From Paraspadella gotoi (Eukaryota > Animalia > Chaetognatha): a stretch of 46,478 nucleotides of DNA. Shown in pieces: positions 1 to 12,544 of the stretch; the stretch's first letter is position 1; every line of letters begins with the position of its first letter. The DNA is taken from positions 1 through 46,478 of the forward strand of contig JBJCIZ010000029.1 of NCBI GenBank assembly GCA_051294375.1. Reading direction: 5' to 3'. The notes beneath the pieces are model-generated. The model did not search any database, was not told the DNA's origin, and worked only from the letters and a program-made list of their open reading frames with translations. A program made the translations under genes and the position numbers.

Positions 1-50
1 CGCGGAAAAAAATGGGTAAGGTGAGGTGAGGTTCCGCTTGACAGTCATCG

Positions 51-187
51 CGGGTTAAGCGCCCCGTCCCTCTTAACTGCTAGGCAGCCACCGGGCTAGA
101 ACGCCGGACCCTTGGGTTGGGAGGCGAATGACTTGCCTGCGGCACCAATGGCCGCAGATGAACGGTTGGTGGATTTTAGTCCACCAT
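51..187 (-). mobile_element. Partial copy of a tRNA-box-containing interspersed repeat (family A, SINE-like)
   Basis: Reverse complement matches 17554-17690 and 45870-46010. It has a 5' hairpin TGGTGGA-CTAAAA-TCCACCA, an A-box-like TGGTGCCGCAGG and a B-box-like GTTCTAGCCC. Confidence 0.75.
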
Positions 188-259
188 GAAACAGTCTTTT
201 TCGCTTTTCCATCCCATTCCCCCCACACAAAAAAAAACCCTTAATTCCCTAAACTCAAC

Positions 260-1274
260 CTGAGCACGATGACGTAACTGCGCATCAACCGATTCAATAT
301 GATCAGAGGCGTCGAGATGAAGTTCCCCAAGTATTTGGCGTCGCCGAGGCTGATCATGTAGAAGGTTGGGTGAACGCGGAGGTAGCAGAGTTGGTTCCTG
401 GTCATGTAGTTGCTCATGTTGTGAAGGTAGTCGTAGGGGTCGACTCCGGGAGAGCGGGACACGTTGTAGAGACGACCGTTGGTGGAGTTGCTGGAGCAGG
501 AGATTTTGGAGCCGGATTCGAAGTCGGCCTTTGGATCCAGCTTCAACTTAAATTTTGAGGAGCGAGGTAAATAAAAATATAATCAGTCGCTTCCTTATAT
601 TAGATTTCGATTAAAATAAAATTAAAAATCGGGTCATTTTCAGGAGAAGGCGTGTCGAAAGCAAATGTGAACCTGAAAGGCTGTGACGGCAACGATTGAT
701 AGACAACACATAATGTTGGAGACGACAAGCGCGATCATCTGGAGCTGAAAAAAAAAAGCCAAGTCTTAAATTAGCGGTGATAAGTCAGTTCATCCAAATT
801 CCTCACCTTGTGAGATGTGACGGGCGTCAGGCGTTTCAATCTTACGTAAATTACGATGACATTTAAAAAGCAAATGATCGTACAGATGACAAAGCGCGGT
901 ATCTGAATATACCTCGTTTGTCTCTTTTCCTCTTCGTCCTCCTGGATCTCTCTCTCGCTTTCTTTCGCTCTCTCCTCTCTTCTCTCTCTTCTCTCTGTCT
1001 CTCTCTTCTCTCTCTCTCTCACTCTTCATTTTGCACAATTGTTTCAATAATATTTTATCTTCATTTGCACAATTGTTTCAATAATATTTTAAACCGAAAT
1101 ACGCCGATGAAGGCTTGAATTACAAGCCGAAACATGCCCGTTTTTAAATACAAAATAAAATCGTTGTTAAAATTCGAACTTTGCCAATCTCTAAAATATA
1201 ATAATAAAAAATTGTCGTCGCATTTTCCGAGACTGCGGTTGTAAACAAAATCTTACCGATTCCTTCAGCAACAT
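260..1274 (-). CDS. Multi-exon 7TM/GPCR-like membrane protein, 5' part; gene continues beyond the window start. Exons 1274-1257, 902-807, 744-673, 546-260
   Basis: GT-AG exons join in phase (0,0,0; last donor phase 2): MLLKES|IPRFVICTIICFLNVIVIYVRLKRLTPVTSHK|LQMIALVVSNIMCCLSIVAVTAFQ|LKLDPK...NQLCYLRVHPTFYMISLGDAKYLGNFISTPLIILNRLMRSYVIVL. It shows two clear hydrophobic helices (TM1 with Asn), then a Cys-led third segment ending in an NR motif reminiscent of DRY. The first micro-exon is the least certain. Confidence 0.6.
945..1022. repeat. (CT)n/(AG)n microsatellite
   Basis: Imperfect CT dinucleotide run. Confidence 0.9.
1101..1170 (+). ncRNA. Degenerate minimal hammerhead ribozyme (Penelope-like pLTR fragment)
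   Basis: ACG-CCGATGA-A-GGCTTG-AATTA-CAAGCC-GAAACATGCC-CGT, followed by AATAAAATCGTTGTT. It carries two core substitutions (CTGA>CCGA, GTC>GCC). Confidence 0.65.
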
Positions 1275-2557
1275 CTTACTGACTGAAAGAGAACAAGATC
1301 GCTTCGTATGTATTTTGAATGAAGTTTTAGATTTTTTTCGTTAATTCTATTTGATTTGTTTATCAGATTCTTCGCTTCGTATTTGGACAGAGGCGAAAGA
1401 TCATTTATAATCATAATGATTCACTAATTCACTAATTTGCGTATTCCTTTTTCCATGCCCGGGAATAAACAGTTGGCAAATTTTTTAGCTACTGTTTCGA
1501 GACAACGAAACAAGTCGAAACCACCCGCATCGAGGAAACGGACCGATGACATTTTCGATAGTTACTTTTCTATTTTTAGGAGACAAAAATCCCAAAGTGT
1601 ATTCACTCGATGTTGATAACTAAATTATTATCTTTACCGTTAACATTCTTTCGTTAATACTCTGGCCTTGCATGAAAGCGGGCCGGTATGCAATGGCAGA
1701 GTAATCTCGCAGACTCGTCAGTCGTCATCGATCTGAGAAATTGGTCCATGACACACGTCATCGCGATCTAGCTTCTGCTCGGCAATGCCGAGTCGGCATG
1801 TTCAATCGTTCAATCGTTCACTCTTCGACGAAGGAAATTCGATTGTTTTAACTTTGTTTTGAAATTGTCATTTCCATCCCACTCACTTTAAATTGATGCG
1901 AGACGAATAAATTAAACTAACTTGGAAAAACACGATGTTAAAAACTAACCGATGTCTTCAATAATTTTATAGAATTTTTGAGTTTCTAAACCGAATTAGT
2001 TATTTAATTCTTATGCTGAATAGTCACACAATGATATATCCTGATATTCATAATTGATTTTATGAGCATCTCCAACAGCAACCTTGTTCAGCAACAGCAA
2101 CAGCCGCATTTTTTACGGTTTGTCTTCGAATAATTGGTCGGACTTCGAACGATGGAATTCGATTCCTAAAAGAAAATATTTAAATTGAAGTTTCTGTTTA
2201 CATAAAAATAATTACATTCTCTGACACTGGAAGAGTTAATTAATTTAAACAATTCGACTAACTTTCATTATATCCTCTGAGGAAGGAAAATCTTCATTGG
2301 TGTTGGCCGGAGCTTTTAGTAGCGTGTCTAAATTAGGGGAAATACATTCATACTTATATTATTGTCAGAAAACTTAAAAAAAAAGAAGAAAGAATCAAAA
2401 TAAAAAAGAAGGGAAGAAAGAAGGAAAGAAAGAAAAAAAGAAGTTAAGAAAAAGAAGTAAAGAAAGAAAGAAATAAAGGAGAGAATAGATTTTTCAATAA
2501 TTTTCAAATAAGAATCACGAATCACGAATCACTTACCTCTCTTGCCTTTTCCACCAA

Positions 2558-2562
2558 TCACA

Positions 2563-2600
<38 letters not shown>

Positions 2601-4246
2601 TCGTCTCTCTCTCTCCTCTCTCTTCTCCTCTCTCTTCTCCCTTCAATAATCACCCACTCACTGTCCTTGATCACATTCACGTCATCTCCTTTGTCTCTGA
2701 TCTTGTTTTTGTTTCGATCCGCTCCCGCGTTTCTGTTGTTGTTCTTCTTCGTCGTCGGATCCACGTCGAGCTCGAGTCCGTTTTTCATCGAATTCATGAA
2801 AAACGTCATGAACTTGTCCCAAGCCTGTTATTGCGCAAAATTGGCAAGTCCTAAAGTCATTTAAACTACTGCAATTGTAAGGGAAATTTATATTTGCTAA
2901 TTTGGTTAACTATAAGTATAACTGTTCGTCGTCATCTCAGTCATTGCTGAATGTTGAGGTCCCCAAGAACTGTTCTGAATTAGATTGTCGTCAATGAGCT
3001 CGAAATCGTCGAGAGAGTTTTGGAACCGCAACAATGATCGTCAGTCTATTTCTCATATTTTATCTACCGTATCAATAATACGTCAGGGTTTAATCGTCGT
3101 TGTCGTCGTCGTCGTCGTCGTCACCGACTTTGTCGCACCCTGAATGTGTTGGGCGTGGCCTTGTCCGCCATTTGCTCCGGGATGAACTCCCCGAGGAAGA
3201 CGGACTTGAATTCCATCAATTGCTGATGAAAATAAATAAAATAAATGATAATTAGTTAGTTAATAAGTTAATTGGTTGATATCGAATTAAAACATTCATT
3301 CATTCATTTATTTATTCATTCTACCCTGAACTAAACCTGAGGCGGGGTGTCGAACTGACGGTGGGCGAAACCGAGGCTTTGCGTCATCTGCTCTGCGATT
3401 CCCGGATGTTTGAGATTAGCGATGACGAGCGTGATCTCGCGGACGGTAGAGTAACTAACCCAAAAAATAGGGAAGTAAGGACTGAGTCAAAGTAGCAGCG
3501 CAGCGGTATCGTTTAAAATTAGTTTTAGGAGGAGAAAAATAATACAATTTTAACCTAAATTTGTGCAATAAAAAAGATAAGTTTTAAAAAAACCTGTGAG
3601 CTTTCATCTCCGGAGATTTCATGATGTCCTCAAAATCTTTATACTTTTTGAATTTTCTGAAAAACAAAAGGGAAAGCTTAAGGTGACTCAGTCGCTTACG
3701 TTTTCTTCTGGCGCCAAATTTTATCCGAATCCACGAGACCAAAACACGAGCAAAGGGAGGACGAATGAAAAACAAAACCAAACGTCGAAAAATAAGGAAA
3801 TGTATTTGAGGGAAAAATGAAAAACGTATCGAGGAAAGAAAGAAGAGAAAAAAAATATGAAAACGGTGAGCACAAAAGAAAGTCCCGTCAAGCAATGGTT
3901 TAAAAAAAGCCGCAGTTCTTCTCTCAAGGTGGTTTTCACAAAAACCGAAGCGACTCACTCAAAAGATTTCACGTGATGCGGCTGAGAAGTGAACAACTGA
4001 CGGTAGAGGATGAGTCCAGCCTCGCGCAGGCCGCCCGTCGATCGCGCCATCATGTCCCATGACTGCTGGACCTGCGGCGAAAGAGGTAAGGTCGCGTGAG
4101 AATTGACGAGGATGTGGATTTTATTTCACTCCTGCTCCTTTTCCTTCTAGTGAAGATTCCATTTATCCCTCCGTCAATGTACTATTAACTTTTCACGTGA
4201 GACTCACTTCGTTGATCTCCTCCTCCGTGAGAGCCGTGTCGCCCAT
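2558..4246 (-). CDS. Globin (3-over-3 fold), six coding exons: 4246-4208, 4071-3959, 3656-3594, 3454-3337, 3222-3139, 2824-2558; about 227 aa including a low-complexity tail
   Basis: Spliced translation: MGDTALTEEEINE|VQQSWDMMARSTGGLREAGLILYRQLFTSQPHHVKSFE|KFKKYKDFEDIMKSPEMKAHS|YSTVREITLVIANLKHPGIAEQMTQSLGFAHRQFDTPPQ|QLMEFKSVFLGEFIPEQMADKATPNTFR|AWDKFMTFFMNSMKNGL... Trp A12, Gly B6, Phe B14, Pro C2, Phe CD1, His E7, His F8 and the H-helix AWDKF are correctly spaced. All introns are GT-AG and phase-compatible. The start lies next to an N gap and the 3' end runs through a microsatellite, so both termini are uncertain. Confidence 0.92.
2563..2640. repeat. (CT)n/(AG)n microsatellite within the globin last exon
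   Basis: Imperfect CT run; it encodes RE repeats on the - strand. Confidence 0.9.
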
Positions 4247-4266
4247 TTCCTNNNNNNNNNNNTCTT

Positions 4267-4297
<31 letters not shown>

Positions 4298-5099
4298 TTT
4301 TTCTTATTCTTCACGGGTACATCTCCTAAAAAAAAATTCTACTTAAAAAAATTTCTAATTAAAAGAATTTCTCTACTTTGATTAACTAAGGAAAAGTTTT
4401 AAGCTCAAATGAGTTTTTTTGACCAGACACTTTGATTTTGGGGACGATTTTAGGATACAATTGATCAGAATATTAATACAAGTTTAAAAAATTAATTAAG
4501 AAGAATTAGCATCTGGAATTCTGGTAAATAATAATGTAAAAATAATATAAAAAATATGATTAGAACCAACCCTAAAAACTTAAAAACAGACCATATTTAC
4601 GTAATCGAACCCGAGATATTAAAAAACACCGCCTCATCGGAATTGAAATACATCGCTACGTCACCTGACACAATCAATTTAACCGGATGCTTCCCATTGG
4701 TCGGGAAAAAGCTGACCGGATCGTTGATTGGCCCGTTTTGAGGGAGGGGAGAGGAGGGGGCGATTCCGTGTTTTCCGTTTCCTTTATAATTATATTTTTT
4801 TGGTTTTAATTTTAGAAACAAAAATACTTTAAAATTTTAATAAATTAAATCAAAGCTTTTTATTCACGACAGATTTACATCATCGAATAGTAATATTCAT
4901 TCAGTATTAGGACAGTAATAACCGTTAGATTTAATCAAATTTGTTTCTTACCTCTTTTTTTTCCATATTTAAAACTCCTGATTAGCCGTCGAGGTGCGAA
5001 CTGGCCGATGATAGCGTGCGCCATAATACGAGCCATATAACCGCCTCTCTTCGTAAAATTTTAACGATAAACAAACCAAAACAACGGAANNNNNNNNNN

Positions 5100-5600
5100 T
5101 CTTCTCTATTTTAAAGCGGTCAATATTTTTTTAAAACATTTAGGAGTTTTCTATTGTCAAAATTAAAGTTCACAACTTTTAACGACTTGAAGATGATGAT
5201 ATCGATTTTTCAACGCTATTTTACACGTGTCTTGGTTCTTTGGCATACATTTATTTTTTTTTAGATCAAATGTTAGACTCGAAGACTCTTGAATCGTCTG
5301 AGTTCGGACTTTGTCACGAGGATTTATCGTTTCTGATATTCTCATCTTTCGTGCAAACGTCGGTCCTTTTAACAAAAGTTGTCATTTAGTCTCTAGACAT
5401 TAATTATCTTATTCAAGCTATGAATCACAAAGCCTTAGGCTGAGAAATAAACTTAGAGAAAAACAGAAAACCTAAAATCATGTCTTTGAAGCATCTTTTG
5501 ATGGGACTCGCCGGGCTGAAAGTTTTTCTCGAATATTCACGGGGGCGTTTTTGGAGGACGAACCTGCGGTTCCTCACCAAACGTATCAGGTGCGTTTTGT
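5100..5600 (+). repeat. Near-identical duplicate of 12662-13168, bounded by N gaps; includes an LTR-related segment from 5271
   Basis: The sequence matches 12662-13168 apart from small indels and has gaps on both sides. Confidence 0.85.
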
Positions 5601-5625
5601 NNNNNNNNNNNNNNNNNNNNNNNNN

Positions 5626-7150
5626 GCAAAGGTGATTCCATCGCATGACGATGTCCTTAAGAAAAGAAACAAAAAGGACAGCAAACCAGCAGGTCTATTT
5701 TGTCGTACAGACAACTTATGAATGATATCTTTTCAAGCCTCTCCTTGATGAAGGGTACAACGCTTTCCAATGAGCTTCTCAGGCCATCTATGGGAGTCCA
5801 AACTCCTTGAAATCAGCCATTGATTTCAGCAATCTTTGGCCCATCCTTTGAAGATCCAACAAAATTCGCAGTAGACCAATCAGGTCGAACGCTTTTTTAG
5901 CTCACCCTTCTTACACAGCTCTTATCCAATTTAATCTAGTGCGCATGCACTTTGGTTTAATCCCCCAATGTTCTATTAATACTTGCCTTCGCAAGCTCCA
6001 CGAGCATGATCACCATCAGTGTACATCTTAAATTACTGGATGGCCAGATTGCAGCACCCTTGGTCCATTCCAACAAATTCAAAAATTTATATGACGCTGA
6101 CATGCCAGGAACACTCTCAACATGTAAAGAAAACTCTCTCAAAAATGGCTCACATCTGCTGGAATACCTTGGCCATTTTTAGCCTGAGTAGGACGCTTCC
6201 TTTGGAAGTGTGCCGCCAAACCATATGCGCAAGGCATAGTCTTGTAAGTCCATGAACTGTTGGGGAACCGCGGGTTGAACTGCTCCACAGGCCAGCAGGT
6301 GCCGCATTCACTGAAACCAATAGGAAAGGGATCAATAGGTTTGCCTTTGAGGAGCCCAAACCCCAGCCAAAGGATTCAATGATAGCTAGCAACTGACCTG
6401 TTAGTGTTTCCGCCTAATCCATGTCCCATTTCGTTTGTATCCCCACTTCAGCAGAATAGGTTGCCAGCGACAAGCATCCAGCAATCTTCCACTGAAGCAG
6501 CGGGTCCACAGGATGTTGCCTGAATAGACCCGCGGCATCGCCTTGCCTCTCGATTGTTGGCCACAGACGAGTTCTTGACTGCCAATATGCGACCAAAGAC
6601 ATCTATAGTTTGAGGTTCTGCAAGGAAAGCGAAATAGCATTAACTTTGTTATCTGGTTTCAAGCTCATTCAATTGAGCTTCACGTTCAGCAGCTATTCGC
6701 TTTTCATTCTCGCAATTCCGTTGCGTCTACTCAATAAGTCACCTTTTTTTCTATTTTTCATGAGCCTCCAAATCTCGGCCCTTTGTCTAATTGCCAGCCA
6801 CCTGTTCCTCCTCTCTTTCTTAAATTAACATTATGCAATTCTCCTATCTAATTGGGCTCTATTTTCAGCCACAGTAAATGCTCTCTTCAAGGAACGTACT
6901 GACCTGACGCTCCCGTCAGAGCCCAATGGTTGAACTACTCCAGAGCCAGACCAGCTTGATCCACCATCCCTCTCATTCAAAAGCCTCTTCTCCATGCTGC
7001 AGGCGGCACTCAAACTCACTTGTCAGGATTGGTAACCTATCACCTTAGGCCTTACTGCATCAGGAGTCCAAGAATCAGAAGAGAAAGATGAAAAAACGCA
7101 TCCACCATGTCATACTCATAGGAAAATTCTCTCAATTCTGGTTTCACAAA
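5626..7150 (-). mobile_element. Possible decayed non-LTR retrotransposon relic (gag-like/AP-endonuclease-like fragments)
   Basis: Intronless, GC-richer island of broken ORFs with only weak motif echoes (LVSVNA..GL, TLGD*, FC*..EMGH). No firm motif. Confidence 0.3.
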
Positions 7151-7583
7151 TAAAACTTATCTTTCAAGAAGTTTTCGCATATCCGTGGCAGACGTGAATC
7201 AGTCGTCAATCTTACTGAAGGATCCGGAGGCACGCTCGACGACCTCTGCATCATCCAAGTATCTTCCAAAGTCGTAGCGCATTTAAGTAGTCGCCGAGGG
7301 AAAGCGTGTGATAGACCGGCGCCTTTGCCGGTCGTCGCTGCTGAATTTTCGAATGTTTTGTTTCTTTGGCGTCGAAAGTCGTAGGCCCGAGGGGGTTCTT
7401 GAGATAACTGGCATCAAAAGAAAAAGGCGTGAGCGCACAATTTTTGAAGCGATTGGTTTTCGTAGTCCCTTTTCAACATCGGCGAAGCGCGAGGACGAAT
7501 CATTTTAATCGGCGGAAGTTGTTCGTTCGTTTTGATTCGCCGGCCGTCTATTTTTCGTATTAATCATTTAAGCGCCATGTTTC

Positions 7584-7688
7584 AACTGGACAATTACGCT
7601 TCGTTTTTCACTGGACAATGACGCTTCGTTTTCCCACTGGGAAATGACGCTTCGTTTCACTGTACAATGGACTGCTTCGTTTCACTGT
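7584..7688. repeat. Short tandem repeat, ~24 bp unit CACTGGACAATGACGCTTCGTTT, about 4 copies
   Basis: Directly visible tandem units. Confidence 0.85.
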
Positions 7689-9944
7689 TTGAGCTTGCCT
7701 TCTAAATTTTTCTGACTTTTATGAGAACGACGACCGAGAATTCCAACGATGTTTTAAAAAATGTTCATTGATATTGAATAATTGCGACGATGTATAAACA
7801 GTTCCCAAGTTTAAAAACGTTAAAAACACTTTAAAAAACAACCTTAAAAGCAACACCTTAAAATCAAACGTGAAAAACGTTCGACGTCGCGCTTAACGAG
7901 GCAACTGCCTCTGGCTTTTTCCTAATTTCAACGTTAAAAATAACCAGATATTATGCTTTCTCTTCAATATTAATCGTTGTCGTCGCGATCAGGAAACTTG
8001 GGAACTCGATGTCGAAATCCTCTGCCGTCGAAACGTTGAACCGTTCTGCCCCTAGACGGCGACGCCCGCGTTTTGCGCACCGTTCGAAACGCCAATACAA
8101 ATAAGTTTAAATATATTTAATTTAAAAATACAAATATTAAAACTCATTCTGGGAAAAACCGAACAGAAAATGGGTCCCTCTCGGAAAAAAGAGAACGGTA
8201 TTGATGTTGTTGTTGTTACTGCAGACGATTCAAGACGCGAAAAATTTACAACGAACCGCAATCTTGAAAAAATGAAAGAGAAATACTTAAAGACTTTTTA
8301 GCAAAGACTACGGATCCTCGCTGTGACAAATGGGGCGTTGATTTCGCTTGGCGAGACACAAATTACGTACATTGCAACAGGTGAGGAAGAATGACAATTT
8401 GGATTTTGTTATTTATGATGGGGAACGTGGTTTGAAAAGCTTATGTGAATATAATCAATTAGTTTGGTCAATACTAATAATAAATTTAGAATTATGGCTT
8501 GTTTGGCAGAGACAAACTTGATAAACCTGCTTGTTAGCGAAACATTTCAAAAAAATATAAATTTAATCGTATTTTTCAATAGTTGAATTGGATAGCATAA
8601 CTCATTTTTTAGAGGGAAATCCCTAAACAAAAAATCTCTTTAAAAAAAATGTCGAAATCTTTTTTAATATATCTGAGCCAGCCGACTACATATTAAGTTT
8701 TAGTTTTAGTTATTATTAATATTTAGTTTATAGATTAGTTTAATATTTTCTTCTTCTTTTTTTTTGCATCAAGCACAATCGTGAAAGAAGGAAAGCTACC
8801 ATTGCGCCGCCCGCTTCTTGCAGCGATTTTGAGATTGTGAGAGCAAACGAGCGTTGAATCACGGTGAAGAAAATCGAGTCCTAAGGAGAATTTTTTCGTA
8901 TTCAGTCGCGACTTAAAAGATACTTTTGTTCTAATTATATATATATAATATATATTATATTATATATTATTAAAAGAAGATATTTAAATTGTGTGTATTA
9001 AATAATAATAAATTAATAATAATTAATAGATTTAGAATTATTATCATTTCTCAGGGCACGGACGCAGAAAGGCTTGGAAAAATGCTACAAAAAAATGTCC
9101 AACAATGCCGACACTATGAGGTGAATATCATTTAGTATTAATTTAAAAAATGTTAATCTTCGCTTATCAATTGACATGTATTACAATATTAGGTAACGAT
9201 ATGTTTAAAATTATAATTTTTGGTCTAAAAAAGAATAAAAGTTTAAACACTCGTTTATCATCATCGTGATAATTTTAATAAATATATATAAAGTAAATCT
9301 TTTTCTTTTAAGGCACATTTATCAATTAATATAATATTAATAAACAGTTTTCAAAAATATCTATTGGAATGAATAACGAAGAAAAGAAAACGAAAGCAAA
9401 ACCCGAGTTGTTTGTGTTTGGTTTTGCTTAAGTTTTGGTTTTGCTTTGTTTGATTTTTTTTTTTTAGGTGTTGAACCCAAACGAAGGAGAATCGTCTTCT
9501 AATGGCGGGGCTCGTTGACCGCAAGTAATAACTCCTTTCAACTCGTTCTTACTGGAAAAAAAAAAATTAATTCCTATTGTGACATATCGGTGATAACGTT
9601 TGTTATTTTTGTGATATATTGTGACATTCGGTGATAACGGTTTGTTATTTTTGTGATGTATTGCGATTTTTTGGTGTCGTAAAAAGATAAAAAAGTCTCA
9701 ATGGGATTTTAACATATTTTGATGGAATATATCAAGACTAGAAATATTGTTTTAAATAGCCATAATTAGTCTTTGTAACATATCAGAACAGGAAATGTTT
9801 TCTAATTTTAAAATTTGGCGATAAATATGAAAACGGTCAAGTCAAATATAGGGGGAAAATCAGGTTAACGTATCATTTGCTTTGAGATTAAATCATTTGA
9901 TAGTAAAGTCGGTATCATTAGATTGGTCTGAATAAGTCTTATAT

Positions 9945-10710
9945 CAGGCTTTGTAATTCTTGTTTGGTATTTGATTTAGTCCTAGATTCGGTTTTAGTGG
10001 CCCACAGCCACTGTCTATACTTATTAATGCCTCTGTTCGCATTCGATGCAGTCTTAGGTTAGAATTTTTGTGTCCACAGCCACGTCTATGACTTATTATG
10101 GGCACTGCTGTTCGCATTCGATGCATGTCTTAGGTTAGGTTTTTGTGCCAAGCACGTCTGCTCCTATTATGCTCTGTTCGCATTCGATGAGGTCTTAGGT
10201 AGGTTTTGTGCCCACAGCCACGTTTATCTTACTATGCCTTTGTTCCGCATTCGATGCTGTCTTAGAGTTAAGGTTTGTGCCCACAGCAACGTCTATCCTT
10301 ATTATGGGCCTTGTTCGCATTCGATTTCAGTCTTAGCGTTAGGTTTTGTGCCCCAGCAACTCTATCCTTATTATGCCTTTGTTCGCATAGTTGATTTCAG
10401 ATCTTAAGGTTAGGTTTTGTGCCACAGCAACGTCTACACTTATTATGCCTTGTTCGCATTCGATTCAGTCTTAGGTTAGGTTTTTTGTGTCCACAGCCTC
10501 GTCTACCTTATTATGCCTATTGTTCGCATTCGATTCCAAGTCTTAAGGTTAGGTTTTGTGTCCACAGCCCGTCCTATACCTTATTATACCTTTGTTCGCA
10601 TTCAATGCAGTTCTTTAAGGTTAGGTTTTTGTAGCCACAACATCCACGTCTATCCTTATTAGGCCTTTGTTCGCAATTCGATGCAGTCTTAGGTATCGGA
10701 TTTGTGGCGG
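9945..10710. repeat. Minisatellite, ~68-70 bp unit, about 10-11 copies
   Basis: The unit TCTTAGGTTAGGTTTTTGTGCCCACAGCCACGTCTATCCTTATTATGCCTTTGTTCGCATTCGATGCAG repeats head-to-tail with scattered indels and no unique spacers. Confidence 0.95.
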
Positions 10711-10852
10711 CAAAAGACCGACGTCCCTGGGCGCCGAAGATCGAATCCAGGCTCATGCCATCTCAGTTCCTTTCACTCATTCCTCGTCCGTGGTTTCTTC
10801 TTCATCACCGTCTTTGCTTTTTGTGCATCTGAAGAAGAAAGGAGGACAAGCA

Positions 10853-11178
10853 GGTGAGATAGAGAGAGAGGGAGAGAGCAGAGAGAGAGAGAGAGAGAGA
10901 GGAGAGGGGAAAGGTAGATGGAGAGGGTGAGAGAGAGAGGAGGGAAGGGAAGAGAGAGGAGGGAGAGAGAAAGGAGAAGGGAAGGAAGAGAGGTAGAGGG
11001 GAGGGGAAAAAGGTAGATGGAAGGGGAGAGGGTGAGAGAGAGAAGAGAGATAGGGTGAGAGAGAGAAGGGAAGGGAAGAGAGAGGGAGGGAGATGAGAAG
11101 GATGAAAGGGGAGGAAGAGAGGTAGAGGGGAGGGAAAGGTAGATGAGGGGAGAGTAAGAGAGAGAGGGAGTGAAAGAT
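10853..11178. repeat. Polypurine (GA-rich) low-complexity tract
   Basis: About 320 bp almost exclusively A/G, with a recurring AAAGGTAGATG subunit. Confidence 0.9.
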
Positions 11179-11664
11179 AATAAAATTCTACTCGGGCTCC
11201 TGTCTTGCCAATAATTGGAAAGGTGGCGATCATGAAAGGAGATGGAAGTTAATCGCGAAGTCGACTGAAATGAATCCTCTACAAGCAATCTGCGACGAAA
11301 ATGGGACTTCAAGTCCAACGAAGACGAAAAAAAATGTGATTAAGGGAACATCGACATGAAAACATAGCATAAAATATTTTATTACTTCGACATGACATCG
11401 ATTGGCATTATATTGACAATGAACGTTGACATAGCTTGATATCGACGTGACATTGAACAATAGCATTTTGTTTTATTTTGATGTCAATTTTGTCATGATG
11501 TTGACCAGACAATGACATAAACATTACATAGCCGTTACATTCATTTTATGTCATAGACTTTAAATGACACTTAAAAAAATTTAACTGACATATTGGCATG
11601 GCGTTTATAGAGGCTAACGATTGCATCCATGATATTAGATTAAAATATTAGACAAAAATGACTT

Positions 11665-11785
11665 AGCATTTAGGATTGACCATCGAGAACTTAGATTGGA
11701 TTGAACATCGAACTTCAGATTATGATTGAACATCGAACTTAGATTATGATTGAACATCGAACTAGATTAGGATTGACATCGACCT
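11665..11785. repeat. Short tandem repeat, ~24 bp unit GAACATCGAACTTAGATTAGGATT, about 5 copies
   Basis: Directly visible tandem units. Confidence 0.85.
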
Positions 11786-12544
11786 CGAAAATCACGCGGT
11801 CCTTCAAAAATGTTCGAATCACATTTGATTATTTTTTTAATTTTCCGACAGAAAAAAGCGGAAAAACGAAAATGATGAAGCCGACGGGGAAACAGGTGAG
11901 AGACGACGACGACGACGACGACGACATAATGACATTAAAATGACAGTCCTGATTGAATCCTTATTCGTTGCTTGTTGGATTCTCAATTTATGTCTCCAAT
12001 ATTAAAAATAAAAATACTTAACAATACTTACGTATTATACTTAAGTTTTTGGTACAATTGAAAACGTTTTCTGAAATGTTATGGCATAACTAGAGAGTGA
12101 AGAACTCTCCGATTTAAAAAGCTTGCAGTGTTTTCCGTTATGTTATATCTGAGAGAGTGATGGCGGCTTTAATCCCCATCGCCCGCAAGTTAGTAGTTAT
12201 CCTATTTCATATGAAAAAAAAAAAAAGACGCCCAATCCAAGGAAACCTTTGCGACGCAAAGTTTGCGTGTTTCCGGTTAAAACTCGCGAACTCAATCCAC
12301 TTGGAAAAGAAAACGTACATAAACAGACGACCGCGAATAACGACAACCGCGAATAAACGACACGACTAAAAGCCGAGAATAACGACAACAACAACCCCCC
12401 CCTCCATCGAGGAGCGAACTCCTTCGAGTCGCCAGTTCGGCTCAACGATGAAGATTCCCATCGTCGTTGGGATCGAGACAACGATAACGAAGGGATGTCC
12501 CATCCCCGATTTACTAAAGCGCCTCTTTCGGTATCCCGTTTTTT

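Noticed and set aside
4208-4246. Calmodulin start (MGDTALTEEEINE resembles MADQLTEEQIAE)
   Set aside because: The downstream exons give globin helices, not EF-hands.
4597-5050. Extra upstream exons of the globin gene
   Set aside because: The - strand blocks look exon-like but are separated from the globin by an N gap, with no recognisable homology or demonstrable join.
8170-9520. Spliced + strand gene (exon-like blocks at 8170, 8224-8380, 9055-9120, 9468)
   Set aside because: Plausible splice sites exist, but I could not build a stop-free frame or recognise a family.
9945-10710. CRISPR-like array
   Set aside because: Whole ~69-bp units repeat with no unique spacers, there are no cas genes, and the context is eukaryotic; it is a minisatellite.
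10667-11318. ORFs of 87-181 aa
   Set aside because: They are mostly translations of the GA-rich low-complexity tract.
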